Positions 10,301 to 25,500 of a DNA stretch of 64,000 bases are shown here, one piece after another. Under the pieces are notes generated by a model. The model did no database searches. It saw only the letters and a program-made list of their open reading frames with translations, and was not told the origin of the DNA. This stretch comes from Nemertoderma westbladi (lineage: Eukaryota; Animalia; Xenacoelomorpha): positions 1-64,000 of the forward strand of contig JAUCBJ010000720.1 in NCBI GenBank assembly GCA_032718475.1. Direction: 5' to 3'. Position 1 is the stretch's first letter; the number at the start of each line of letters is the position of its first letter. A program made the translations under genes and the position numbers.

Positions 10301-11368
10301 TGTGAATAAAACAATTGGTTGCGATTTATTACAAATTAGTTTTGGGTTACCGTCCTCATTTTCCCTTGATTGGAATGTACATTATAATAAGTTCGGCTGT
10401 CAAACAGAAAGTTTGCCAACCGTTTGTGGATATTTCAATATAACGCAACAAGTGATATGGGGCCGTGGTTTATGTGGGATAGGACTGCAGGAGTGCTTGT
10501 TTAAAACTTGGCTAGGGGTGGTAACACCCTACCGTGTCGTATGTTATTGTTTATAATTGGTTGTTAAGGAGCAGCAGATCAATAAATACCATTCATTGGA
10601 TTTGTAAATTTTCTTTATAGGTTTTTGGGGCAATAACTATCTTTCACAAAATATTTTATTGCGGTAGGTTTTTGGGAAGTTTACCAGGACTCAGTTCTCA
10701 GTTGTGGGCTACAGTAAAAATATAATAATTAATATTCAGAGATTTGATTATAGATAATGGGATATTATAATTTAGGTTATACACAACTGTTTCAATCTTT
10801 ATTAATTAATTATAGGTTAATCAGAGGTGACTAATATTTAGGTGCGCTCTAATCGCTTAAGTCGTAAAAATATTCCGTTTGGGATATAACAAGCGGCTAA
10901 TATACTACTAATTAATGATGTTAAGTACATCATTTCATTAATTAATATCAAAATATAAAATGCGACTGCGGACTGCGGACTGCGGACTGCATGCGGAATT
11001 CTAGCCATTAATTGCTATTGACAGACATATCGCGATAAACCCACACACATGATTAGTATAACATTATGTTGTTTAATAGCTAAAAGGCAGATAAGGAAAG
11101 TGTAGGCGAACACTTTTAACATCCCATAATAGATGTGGTATGTGGAGTCAATAAGATTGACACAATTAGTTTGGTGTTGACCATTGCATTGAATAATATT
11201 GCTATGGGTGTAACTCCATTACTACTGAACGCAAATACATGGTTAACCTTTGTGATTTACTAAGTGGATAATCGACTATTTATACAACAAACATATAGTG
11301 GGATAAATACAACAATTCCCATCAGGGAACAATAATTATACATTTTCAATTTATTTTGATATTATGCT

Positions 11369-11712
11369 AACTCCACAAAATGGTACACATCAAAACTCCA
11401 CAAAATGGTACTCATCAAAACTCCACAAAATGGTACACATCAAAACTCCACAAAATGGTACTCATCAAAACTCCACAAAATGGAACTCATCAAAACTCCA
11501 CAAAATGGTACTCAGCAAAACTCCACAAAATGGAACTCATCAAAACTCCACAAAATGGTACTCAGCAAAACTCCACAAAATGGAACTCATCAAAACTCCA
11601 CAAAATGGAACTCATCAAAACTCCACAAAATGGTACTCAGCAAAACTCCACAAAATGGAACTCAGCAAAACTCCACAAAATGGTACTCAGCAAAACTCCA
11701 CAAAATGGTACT
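11369..11712 (+). repeat. 25-bp minisatellite, ~14 copies
   Basis: Unit ctccacaaaatgg(t/a)ac(t/a)ca(t/g)caaaa with exact 25-bp spacing from 11371 to 11696. Confidence 0.96.
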
Positions 11713-13029
11713 ACGCAAATATCACCCGCGGAAAAGCTCCGGCCATGAGCAATATTCACCCAGAGCAATATTCGCCCGATAAATAATTACAAATTAATTA
11801 AAGTTATTGTGTTGGTAATTATAATTAAAAACCCTGTGTTACGACAACCGTTTATTTGTTTGGTTAGAAGTGAAGTACATGACATTGTGTTCGTCTCCTT
11901 TCATTTAATTGATATTGGGGTTGGCGACTCTGAAAATTATTTTCCAGCTTTAGTTTCTTTCATGTGAGAAACCTCATTTTACTTAGAAATACTCGCCCCC
12001 GGGTTATATTTTCAGAAAGTAAACTGTATACTATACTATACTTTTACCTGCTATACTTACAGACAGGGACTGGCATCGAATCGAATAGAAAGCAATTTTT
12101 CATCTTCGATCTCCCAAATATTTTTCGACTCGATTTCGATTCGATTCAGGTAAAAAATTTCAACTTCGATTCGATTATTCAACCTTTGAATATTAACTTA
12201 ATTATTTGTCATTAAATATACATTATAAATTTTATTTTTAAATTGTTACTTTTTCGCTCGAACATACCCCAAAATCGGGAGAAAATAAAGACATTAAATA
12301 ATTTATTTATTATAAATAAATAGAGAAATACTTTTCTCCCAAGGGAAAAAAGTAACCCATAGGAATGCAATGATTTTACTTTTTCCCGACGAATTATTTT
12401 TGATTTTACCTATCCTGGCGAATTAATTTTGGTGGAATTTCAATCTTATTACAAGTGTTGAAAGAGCATCGAAGTAGAAAAGGTTTACAAGTACTGTAAT
12501 TAGAGCAAAATTTACACCTCAAAAGTTATTGTAACTTTAGTGTGTGCACGGTGTAGGTCTACACCAAAACGTTATCCAATATTAGTTTATGTTGTTAAGC
12601 GGCTCTCTAGTTACATAATAAATATTCGAGAACACTAAATTATTAACATTGAGTAAGGCAGCAGAAGGAGTTGAAGAGTACAATAATTTGAATTGTAGTA
12701 ACTATGGAAGCAATATAGTAAAATACTACAGTTCAATTTATTTTGAACACTGTTTTGTTGCATCATTTATTAAAGTACCAAAAACAAAAAGTACCAATTT
12801 AAGAATACAATTAGTATTACATGGGAAAAAAACGTAGAAAATTATTAAAAATATATAAAATACCTCGAGAATAGTGAAAAAAGTTGTACTTTTTCCCCAT
12901 GTAATAAGTAATTATTTTAATATATTTTACTGTTGGCCAAATTTTGCCAAAAAAATATGTATGTATATTATTCCATTAGGGACGTCCCGGGGGGTGGGGT
13001 TCGTACCCGACAAGATTGTAGCAGAGCAC

Positions 13030-13272
13030 GGGTGAGTCAAAACAAAGATTCAAGGAATACAGATACCTGAACGAATACTCCCTGAAGGAATACCTGAACA
13101 AAACACATGTGTTAACCTTCGTTTATTGTTAAGGTTCTCCAAACACGCCTCTGTAAACTGCTCCTTTAAATGGCAATGGGACCTAACGCTATTTGGAACA
13201 AAACGCTCTTTGGGAACTAACGCGACTTTACCTCTTTGTTTTGTACAGAGGGTCTTTGTTTTGTACTCACCC
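13030..13272. mobile_element. 243-bp MITE (Mutator-like by TSD length) nested in the left arm of the hAT element
   Basis: TIRs gggtgagt-caaaacaaaga (13030-13048) and tctttgttttgtactcaccc (13253-13272); flanking direct repeat agcagagca(c/t) at 13020-13029 and 13273-13282. Confidence 0.8.
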
Positions 13273-13553
13273 AGCAGAGCATAGCTGTGGTATTATAGTA
13301 AAAACAAATAAATAATAATAGATAAAAAAAAATAAATAGTCAAAATAAATAGTTAACATGTTCACTCACACACGGGAAACTTGTTGCTAAAGAATATAAC
13401 AATTATTTAAAAATAAGTAGTTAACATGTCCATTCATTTATTTGTATTATCAAATTATCTAATATTAGCTCGTACATAAAATGTGATGTAATGAAATTTT
13501 TGATGTTGCAGAAAGATGTTGCAGGGGAATATAATTATTTTATTAAAACGTTG

Positions 13554-16500
13554 CAGAAACTTGTTGCTGGACTCCTCACACACATAAACTTGTTGCTGGA
13601 CTCCTCACACACATAAACTTGTTGCTGGACTCCTCACACACATAAACTTGTTGCTGGACTCCTCACACACATAAACTTGTTGCTGGACTCCTCACACACA
13701 GAAACTTGTTGCTGGACTCCTCACACACATAAACTTGTTGCTGGACCCCCTCACACACATAAACTTGTTGCTGGACCCCCTCACACACATAAACTTGTTG
13801 CTGGACTCCTCACACACATAAACCTGTTGCTGGACTCCTCACACACATAAACTTGTTGCTGGACCCCCTCGCACACAGAAACTTGTTGCTGGACTCCTCA
13901 CACACATAAACTTGTTGCTGGACCCCCTCGCACACAGAAACTTGTTGCTGGACTCCTCACACACATAAACTTGTTGCTGGACCCCCTCGCACACATAAAC
14001 TTGTTGCTGGACTCCCTCACACACAGAAACCTGTTGCTGGACTCCTCACACACAGAAACTTGTTGCTGGACTCCTCACACACATAAACTTGTTGCTGGAC
14101 CCCCTCACACACATAAACTTGTTGCTGGACCCCCTCACACACATAAACTTGTTGCTGGACTCCTCACACACATAAACCTGTTGCTGGACTCCTCACACAC
14201 ATAAACTTGTTGCTGGACCCCCTCACACACATAAACTTGTTGCTGGACTCCTCACACACATAAACTTGTTGCTGGACTCCCTCACACACATAAACTTGTT
14301 GCTGGACTCCTCACACACATAAACCTGTTGCTGGACTCCTCACACACATAAACTTGTTGCTGGACCCCCTCACACACATAAACTTGTTGCTGGACTCCTC
14401 ACACACATAAACTTGTTGCTGGACTCCTCACACACATAAACTTGTTGCTGGACCCCCTCACACACATAAACTTGTTGCTGGACCCCCTCACACACATAAA
14501 CTTGTTGCTGGACTCCTCACACACATAAACCTGTTGCTGGACTCCTCACACACATAAACTTGTTGCTGGACTCCTGGCACACAGAAACTTGTTGCTGGAC
14601 TCCTCACACACATAAACTTGTTGCTGGACCCCCTCGCACACATAAACTTGTTGCTGGACTCCTCACACACATAAACTTGTTGCTGGACTCCTCACACACA
14701 TAAACCTGTTGCTGGACTCCTCACACACATAAACTTGTTGCTGGACCCCCTCGCACACAGAAACTTGTTGCTGGACTCCTCACACACATAAACTTGTTGC
14801 TGGACTCCCTCACACACATAAACTTGTTGCTGGACTCCTCACACACATAAACCTGTTGCTGGACTCCTCACACACATAAACTTGTTGCTGGACCCCCTCA
14901 CACACATAAACTTGTTGCTGGACTCCTCACACACATAAACTTGTTGCTGGACTCCTCACACACATAAACTTGTTGCTGGACCCCCTCACACACATAAACT
15001 TGTTGCTGGACCCCCTCACACACATAAACTTGTTGCTGGACTCCTCACACACATAAACCTGTTGCTGGACTCCTCACACACATAAATTTGTTGCTGGACC
15101 CCCTCACACACAGAAACTTGTTGCTGGACTCCTCACACACATAAACTTGTTGCTGGACCCCCTCGCACACAGAAACTTGTTGCTGGACTCCTCACACACA
15201 TAAACTTGTTGCTGGACCCCCTCGCACACATAAACTTGTTTGCTGGACTCCTCACACACATAAACTTGTTGCTGGACCCCCTCGCACACATAAACTTGTT
15301 TGCTGGACTCCCTCACACACAGAAACTTGTTGCTGGACCCCCTCACACACATAAACTTGTTGCTGGACTCCTCACACACATAAACTTGTTGCTGGACTCC
15401 TCACACACATAAACTTGTTGCTGGACTCCCTCACACACAGAAACTTGTTGCTGGACTCCTCACACACATAAACTTGTTGCTGGACTCCTCACACACAGAA
15501 ACTTGTTGCTGGACTCCTCACACACAGAAACTTGTTGCTGGACCCCCTCACACACAGAAACTTGTTGCTGGACTCCTCACACACATAAACTTGTTGCTGG
15601 ACTCCTCACACACATAAACTTGTTGCTGGACTCCCTCACACACAGAAACTTGTTTGCTGGACTCCTCACACACATAAACTTGTTGCTGGACTCCTCACAC
15701 ACATAAACTTGTTGCTGGACTCCCTCACACACAGAAACTTGTTGCTGGACTCCTCACACACATAAACTTGTTGCTGGACTCCTCACACACAGAAACTTGT
15801 TGCTGGACTCCTCACACACAGAAACTTGTTGCTGGACTCCTCACACACATAAACTTGTTGCTGGACTCCTCACACACATAAACTTGTTGCTGGACTCCCT
15901 CACACACATAAACTTGTTGCTGGACTCCTCACACACAGAAACTTGTTGCTGGACTCCTCACACACAGAAACTTGTTGCTGGACCCCCTCACACACAGAAA
16001 CTTGTTGCTGGACTCCTCACACACATAAACTTGTTGCTGGACTCCTCACACACATAAACTTGTTGCTGGACTCCTCACACACATAAACTTGTTGCTGGAC
16101 TCCTCACACACAGAAACTTGTTGCTGGACTCCTCACACACATAAACTTGTTGCTGGACTCCTCACACACAGAAACTTGTTGCTGGACTCCTCACACACAG
16201 AAACTTGTTGCTGGACCCCCTCACACACAGAAACTTGTTGCTGGACTCCTCACACACATAAACTTGTTGCTGGACCCCCTCACACACAGAAACTTGTTGC
16301 TGGACTCCTCACACACATAAACTTGTTGCTGGACTCCTCACACACATAAACTTGTTGCTGGACTCCTCACACACAGAAACTTGTTGCTGGACTCCTCACA
16401 CACAGAAACTTGTTGCTGGACTCCTCACACACATAAACTTGTTGCTGGACTCCTCACACACAGAAACTTGTTGCTGGACTCCTCACACACAGAAACTTGT

Positions 16501-19500
16501 TGCTGGACCCCCTCACACACAGAAACTTGTTGCTGGACTCCTCACACACATAAACTTGTTGCTGGACTCCTCACACACAGAAACTTGTTGCTGGACCCCC
16601 TCACACACAGAAACTTGTTGCTGGACTCCTCACACACAGAAACTTGTTGCTGGACTCCTCACACACAGAAACTTGTTGCTGGACCCCCTCACACACAGAA
16701 ACTTGTTGCTGGACTCCTCACACACAGAAACTTGTTGCTGGACTCCTCACACACAGAAACTTGTTGCTGGACCCCCTCACACACAGAAACTTGTTGCTGG
16801 ACTCCTCACACACATAAACTTGTTGCTGGACTCCTCACACACAGAAACTTGTTGCTGGACTCCTCACACACAGAAACTTGTTGCTGGACCCCCTCACACA
16901 CAGAAACTTGTTGCTGGACTCCTCACACACAGAAACTTGTTGCTGGACTCCTCACACACAGAAACTTGTTGCTGGACCCCCTCACACACAGAAACTTGTT
17001 GCTGGACTCCTCACACACATAAACTTGTTGCTGGACTCCTCGCACACATAAACTTGTTGCTGGACTCCTCACACACAGAAACTTGTTGCTGGACTCCTCA
17101 CACACAGAAACTTGTTGCTGGACTCCTCACACACAGAAACTTGTTGCTGGACCCCCTCACACACAGAAACTTGTTGCTGGACTCCTCACACACATAAACT
17201 TGTTGCTGGACTCCTCACACACAGAAACTTGTTGCTGGACTCCTCACACACAGAAACTTGTTGCTGGACCCCCTCACACACAGAAACTTGTTGCTGGACT
17301 CCTCACACACAGAAACTTGTTGCTGGACTCCTCACACACAGAAACTTGTTGCTGGACCCCCTCACACACAGAAACTTGTTGCTGGACTCCTCACACACAT
17401 AAACTTGTTGCTGGACTCCTCGCACACATAAACTTGTTGCTGGACTCCTCACACACAGAAACTTGTTGCTGGACCCCCACACACACATAAACTTGTTGCT
17501 GGACTCCTCACACACAGAAACTTGTTGCTGGACTCCTCACACACAGAAACTTGTTGCTGGACCCCCTCACACACAGAAACTTGTTGCTGGACTCCTCACA
17601 CACAGAAACTTGTTGCTGGACTCCTCACACACATAAACTTGTTGCTGCACTCCCTCACACACATAAACTTGTTGCTGGACTCCTCACACACATAAACTTG
17701 TTGCTGGACTCCTCACACACAGAAACTTGTTGCTGGACTCCTCACACACATAAACTTGTTGCTGCACTCCCTCACACACATAAACTTGTTGCTGGACTCC
17801 TCGCACACATAAACTTGTTGCTGGACTCCTCACACACAGAAACTTGTTGCTGGACCCCCTCACACACAGAAACTTGTTGCTGGACTCCTCACACACATAA
17901 ACTTGTTGCTGGACTCCTCACACACAGAAACTTGTTGCTGGACTCCTCACACACAGAAACTTGTTGCTGGACCCCCTCACACACAGAAACTTGTTGCTGG
18001 ACTCCTCACACACAGAAACTTGTTGCTGGACTCCTCACACACATAAACTTGTTGCTGCACTCCCTCACACACATAAACTTGTTGCTGGACTCCTCACACA
18101 CATAAACTTGTTGCTGGACTCCTCACACACAGAAACTTGTTGCTGGACTCCTCACACACATAAACTTGTTGCTGCACTCCCTCACACACATAAACTTGTT
18201 GCTGGACTCCTCACACACAGAAACTTGTTGCTGGACCCCCTCACACACAGAAACTTGTTGCTGGACTCCTCACACACAGAAACTTGTTGCTGGACTCCTC
18301 ACACACAGAAACTTGTTGCTGGACCCCCTCACACACAGAAACTTGTTGCTGGACTCCTCGCACACATAAACTTGTTGCTGGACTCCTCACACACAGAAAC
18401 TTGTTGCTGGACTCCTCACACACATAAACTTGTTGCTGCACTCCCTCACACACATAAACTTGTTGCTGGACTCCTCACACACAGAAACTTGTTGCTGGAC
18501 TCCTCACACACATAAACTTGTTGCTGGACTCCTCACACACAGAAACTTGTTGCTGGACCCCCTCACACACAGAAACTTGTTGCTGGACCCCCTCACACAC
18601 AGAAACTTGTTGCTGGACTCCCTCACACACATGAACTTGTTGCTGGACTCCTCACACACATAAACTTGTTGCTGGACCCCCTCACACACAGAAACTTGTT
18701 GCTGGACTCCCTCACATACATAAACTTGTTGCTGGACTCCTCGCACACATAAACTTGTTGCTGGACTCCTCACACACATAAACTTGTTGCTGGACTCCCT
18801 CACACACAGAAACTTGTTGCTGGACTCCTCACACACATAAACTTGTTGCTGGACTCCTCGCACACATAAACTTGTTGCTGGACTCCCTCACACACAGAAA
18901 CTTGTTGCTGGACTCCTCACACACATGAACTTGTTGCTGCACTCCCTCACACACAGAAACTTGTTGCTGGACTCCTCACACACATAAACTTGTTGCTGGA
19001 CTCCTCGCACACATAAACTTGTTGCTGGACTCCTCACACACATAAACTTGTTGCTGGACTCCCTCACACACAGAAACTTGTTGCTGGACTCCTCACACAC
19101 ATAAACTTGTTGCTGGACTCCTCGCACACATAAACTTGTTGCTGGACTCCTCACACACATAAACTTGTTGCTGGACTCCTCACACACATAAACTTGTTGC
19201 TGGACTCCTCACACACAGAAACTTGTTGCTGGACCCCCTCACACACATGAACTTGTTGCTGGACTCCTCACACACATGAACTTGTTGCTGGACTCCTCAC
19301 ACACATAAACTTGTTGCTGGACTCCCTCACACACAGAAACTTGTTGCTGGACTCCTCACACACATAAACTTGTTGCTGGACTCCTCACACACAGAAACTT
19401 GTTGCTGGACCCCCTCACACACAGAAACTTGTTGCTGGACCCCCTCACACACAGAAACTTGTTGCTGGACTCCCTCACACACATGAACTTGTTGCTGGAC

Positions 19501-22500
19501 TCCTCACACACATAAACTTGTTGCTGGACCCCCTCACACACAGAAACTTGTTGCTGGACTCCCTCACACACATGAACTTGTTGCTGCACTCCCTCACACA
19601 CAGAAACTTGTTGCTGGACTCCTCACACACATAAACTTGTTGCTGGACTCCTCGCACACATAAACTTGTTGCTGGACCCCCTCACACACAGAAACTTGTT
19701 GCTGGACCCCCTCACACACAGAAACTTGTTGCTGGACTCCCTCACACACATGAACTTGTTGCTGCACTCCCTCACACACAGAAACTTGTTGCTGGACTCC
19801 CTCACACACATGAACTTGTTGCTGGACTCCTCACACACATAAACTTGTTGCTGGACTCCTCGCACACATAAACTTGTTGCTGGACTCCTCACACACATAA
19901 ACTTGTTGCTGGACTCCTCACACACAGAAACTTGTTGCTGGACCCCCTCACACACAGAAACTTGTTGCTGGACCCCCTCACACACAGAAACTTGTTGCTG
20001 GACTCCTCGCACACATAAACTTGTTGCTGGACTCCTCACACACATGAACTTGTTGCTGGACTCCTCACACACATAAACTTGTTGCTGGACTCCTCGCACA
20101 CATAAACTTGTTGCTGGACTCCTCACACACATAAACTTGTTGCTGGACTCCTCACACACAGAAACTTGTTGCTGGACTCCTCACACACAGAAACTTGTTG
20201 CTGGACCCCCTCACACACAGAAACTTGTTGCTGGACTCCTCACACACATAAACTTGTTGCTGGACTCCTCACACACAGAAACTTGTTGCTGGACTCCTCA
20301 CACACAGAAACTTGTTGCTGGACCCCCTCACACACATAAACTTGTTGCTGGACTCCTCACACACAGAAACTTGTTGCTGGACTCCTCACACACAGAAACT
20401 TGTTGCTGGACTCCTCACACACATAAACTTGTTGCTGGACTCCTCACACACAGAAACTTGTTGCTGGACCCCCTCACACACAGAAACTTGTTGCTGGACT
20501 CCTCGCACACATAAACTTGTTGCTGGACTCCTCACACACATGAACTTGTTGCTGGACTCCTCACACACATAAACTTGTTGCTGGACTCCTCGCAGACATA
20601 AACTTGTTGCTGGACTCCTCACACACAGAAACTTGTTGCTGGACTCCTCACACACATAAACTTGTTGCTGGACTCCTCACACACAGAAACTTGTTGCTGG
20701 ACTCCTCACACACATGAACTTGTTGCTGGACTCCTCACACACATAAACTTGTTGCTGGACTCCTCGCACACATAAACTTGTTGCTGGACTCCTCACACAC
20801 AGAAACTTGTTGCTGGACTCCCTCACACACATAAACTTGTTGCTGGACTCCTCACACACAGAAACTTGTTGCTGGACTCCTCACACACAGAAACTTGTTG
20901 CTGGACTCCTCACACACATAAACTTGTTGCTGGACTCCTCACACACATAAACCTGTTGCTGGACTCCTCACACACATAAATTTGTTGCTGGACCCCCTCA
21001 CACACAGAAACTTGTTGCTGGACTCCTCACACACATAAACTTGTTGCTGGACCCCCTCGCACACAGAAACTTGTTGCTGGACTCCTCACACACATAAACT
21101 TGTTGCTGGACTCCTCACACACATAAACCTGTTGCTGGACTCCTCACACACATAAATTTGTTGCTGGACCCCCTCACACACAGAAACTTGTTGCTGGACT
21201 CCTCACACACATAAACTTGTTGCTGGACCCCCTCGCACACAGAAACTTGTTGCTGGACTCCTCACACACATAAACTTGTTGCTGGACCCCCTCGCACACA
21301 TAAACTTGTTTGCTGGACTCCCTCACACACAGAAACTTGTTGCTGGACCCCCTCACACACATAAACTTGTTGCTGGACTCCTCACACACAGAAACTTGTT
21401 GCTGGACTCCTCACACACAGAAACTTGTTGCTGGACCCCTCACACACAGAAACTTGTTTGCTGGACTCCCTCACACACAGAAACTTGTTGCTGGACCCCC
21501 TCACACACATAAACTTGTTGCTGGACTCCTCACACACAGAAACTTGTTGCTGGACTCCTCACACACAGAAACTTGTTGCTGGACTCCTCACACACAGAAA
21601 CTTGTTGCTGGACTCCTCGCACACATAAACTTGTTGCTGGACTCCTCACACACATGAACTTGTTGCTGGACTCCTCACACACATAAACTTGTTGCTGGAC
21701 TCCTCGCAGACATAAACTTGTTGCTGGACTCCTCACACACAGAAACTTGTTGCTGGACTCCTCACACACATAAACTTGTTGCTGGACTCCTCACACACAG
21801 AAACTTGTTGCTGGACTCCTCACACACATGAACTTGTTGCTGGACTCCTCACACACATAAACTTGTTACTGGACTCCTCACACACATAAACTTGTTGCTG
21901 GACTCCTCACACACAGAAACTTGTTAGCTGGACTCCTCACACACAGAAACTTGTTGCTGGACCCCCTCACACACAGAAACTTGTTGCTGGACTCCTCACA
22001 CACATAAACTTGTTGCTGGACTCCTCACACACAGAAACTTGTTGCTGGACTCCTCACACACATAAACTTGTTGCTGGACTCCTCACACACAGAAACTTGT
22101 TGCTGGACCCCCTCACACACAGAAACTTGTTGCTGGACTCCTCACACACAGAAACTTGTTGCTGGACTCCTCACACACAGAAACTTGTTGCTGGACTCCT
22201 CACACACAGAAACTTGTTGCTGGACCCCTCACACACAGAAACTTGTTGCTGGACTCCTCACACACATAAACTTGTTGCTGGACTCCTCACACACAGAAAC
22301 TTGTTGCTGGACTCCTCACACACAGAAACTTGTTGCTGGACCCCCTCACACACAGAAACTTGTTGCTGGACTCCTCACACACAGAAACTTGTTGCTGGAC
22401 TCCTCACACACAGAAACTTGTTGCTGGACTCCTCACACACATAAACTTGTTGCTGGACTCCTCACACACAGAAACTTGTTGCTGGACTCCTCACACACAG

Positions 22501-25500
22501 AAACTTGTTGCTGGACTCCCTCACACACAGAAACTTGTTGCTGGACTCCTCACACACATAAACTTGTTGCTGGACTCCTCACACACAGAAACTTGTTGCT
22601 GGACCCCCTCACACACAGAAACTTGTTGCTGGACTCCCTCACACACATAAACTTGTTGCTGGACTCCTCACACACATAAACTTGTTGCTGGACTCCTCAC
22701 ACACATAAACTTGTTGCTGGACTCCTCACACACATAAACTTGTTGCTGGACTCCTCACACACAGAAACTTGTTGCTGGACTCCCTCACACACATGAAACT
22801 TGTTGCTGGACTCCCTCACACACAGAAACTTGTTGCTGGACTCCCTCACACACATGAAACTTGTTGCTGGACTCCTCACACACATAAACTTGTTGCTGGA
22901 CCTCCTCACACACATAAACTTGTTGCTGGACTCCTCACACACAGAAACTTGTTGCTGGACTCCTCACACACATGAAACTTGTTGCTGGACTCCTCACACA
23001 CAGAAACTTGTTGCTGGACTCCTCACACACAGAAACTTGTTGCTGGACTCCCTCACACACATAAACTTGTTGCTGGACTCCCTCACACACAGAAACTTGT
23101 TGCTGGACTCCTCACACACATGAACTTGTTGCTGGACTCCTCACACACAGAAACTTGTTGCTGGACTCCTCACACACATAAACTTGTTGCTGGACTCCTC
23201 ACACACAGAAACTTGTTGCTGGACTCCTCACACACATAAACTTGTTGCTGGACTCCCTCACACACATAAACTTGTTGCTGGACCCCCTCACACACAGAAA
23301 CTTGTTGCTGGACTCCTCACACACATAAACTTGTTGCTGGACTCCTCACACACATAAACTTGTTGCTGGACTCCTCACACACATAAACTTGTTGCTGGAC
23401 TCCTCACACACAGAAACTTGTTGCTGGACTCCTCACACACATAAACTTGTTGCTGGACTCCTCACACACATAAACTTGTTGCTGGACTCCTCACACACAT
23501 AAACTTGTTGCTGGACTCCTCACACACAGAAACTTGTTGCTGGACTCCTCACACACAGAAACTTGTTGCTGGACCCCCTCACACACAGAAACTTGTTGCT
23601 GGACTCCTCACACACATAAACTTGTTGCTGGACTCCTCACACACAGAAACTTGTTGCTGGACTCCTCACACACATAAACTTGTTGCTGGACTCCTCACAC
23701 ACATAAACTTGTTGCTGGACCCCCTCACACACATAAACTTGTTGCTGGACTCCTCACACACATAAACTTGTTGCTGGACTCCTCACACACAGAAACTTGT
23801 TGCTGGACTCCTCACACACATAAACTTGTTGCTGGACTCCTCACACACATAAACTTGTTGCTGGACCCCCTCACACACATAAACTTGTTGCTGGACTCCT
23901 CACACACATAAACTTGTTGCTGGACTCCTCACACACAGAAACTTGTTGCTGGACTCCTCACACACATAAACTTGTTGCTGGACTCCTCACACACATAAAC
24001 TTGTTGCTGGACTCCTCACACACATAAACTTGTTGCTGGACTCCTCACACACAGAAACTTGTTGCTGGACTCCTCACACACATAAACTTGTTGCTGGACT
24101 CCTCACACACATAAACTTGTTGCTGGACTCCTCACACACATAAACTTGTTGCTGGACTCCTCACACACATAAACTTGTTGCTGGACTCCTCACACACATA
24201 AACTTGTTGCTGGACTCCTCACACACAGAAACTTGTTGCTGGACTCCTCACACACAGAAACTTGTTGCTGGACCCCCTCACACACAGAAACTTGTTGCTG
24301 GACTCCTCACACACATAAACTTGTTGCTGGACTCCTCACACACAGAAACTTGTTGCTGGACTCCTCACACACATAAACTTGTTGCTGGACTCCTCACACA
24401 CATAAACTTGTTGCTGGACCCCCTCACACACATAAACTTGTTGCTGGACTCCTCACACACATAAACTTGTTGCTGGACTCCTCACACACAGAAACTTGTT
24501 GCTGGACTCCTCACACACATAAACTTGTTGCTGGACTCCTCACACACATAAACTTGTTGCTGGACCCCCTCACACACATAAACTTGTTGCTGGACTCCTC
24601 ACACACATAAACTTGTTGCTGGACTCCTCACACACATAAACCTGTTGCTGGACTCCTCACACACAGAAACTTGTTGCTGGACTCCTCACACACATAAACT
24701 TGTTGCTGGACTCCTCACACACATAAACTTGTTGCTGGACCCCCTCACACACATAAACTTGTTGCTGGACTCCTCACACACATAAACTTGTTGCTGGACT
24801 CCTCACACACATAAACTTGTTGCTGGACTCCTCACACACATAAACTTGTTGCTGGACCCCCTCACACACATAAACTTGTTGCTGGACTCCTCACACACAT
24901 AAACTTGTTGCTGGACTCCTCACACACATAAACTTGTTGCTGGACCCCCTCACACACATAAACTTGTTGCTGGACTCCTCACACACATAAACTTGTTGCT
25001 GGACTCCTCACACACATAAACTTGTTGCTGGACCCCCTCACACACATAAACTTGTTGCTGGACTCCTCACACACATAAACTTGTTGCTGGACTCCTCACA
25101 CACATAAACTTGTTGCTGGACCCCCTCACACACATAAACTTGTTGCTGGACTCCTCACACACATAAACTTGTTGCTGGACTCCTCACACACATAAACTTG
25201 TTGCTGGACCCCCTCACACACATAAACTTGTTGCTGGACTCCTCACACACATAAACTTGTTGCTGGACTCCTCACACACATAAACTTGTTGCTGGACTCC
25301 TCACACACATAAACTTGTTGCTGGACTCCTCACACACATAAACTTGTTGCTGGACCCCCTCACACACATAAACTTGTTGCTGGACTCCTCACACACATAA
25401 ACCTGTTGCTGGACTCCTCACACCCAGAAACTTGTTGCTGGACCCCCTCACACACAGAAACTAGTTGCTGGACTCCTCACACACAGAAACTTGTTGCTGG

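Noticed and set aside
11364-11786. Three overlapping repetitive ORFs (KTPQNGTHQNSTKW...)
   Set aside because: Artefact of a stop-free 25-bp minisatellite; the unit is not a multiple of 3.
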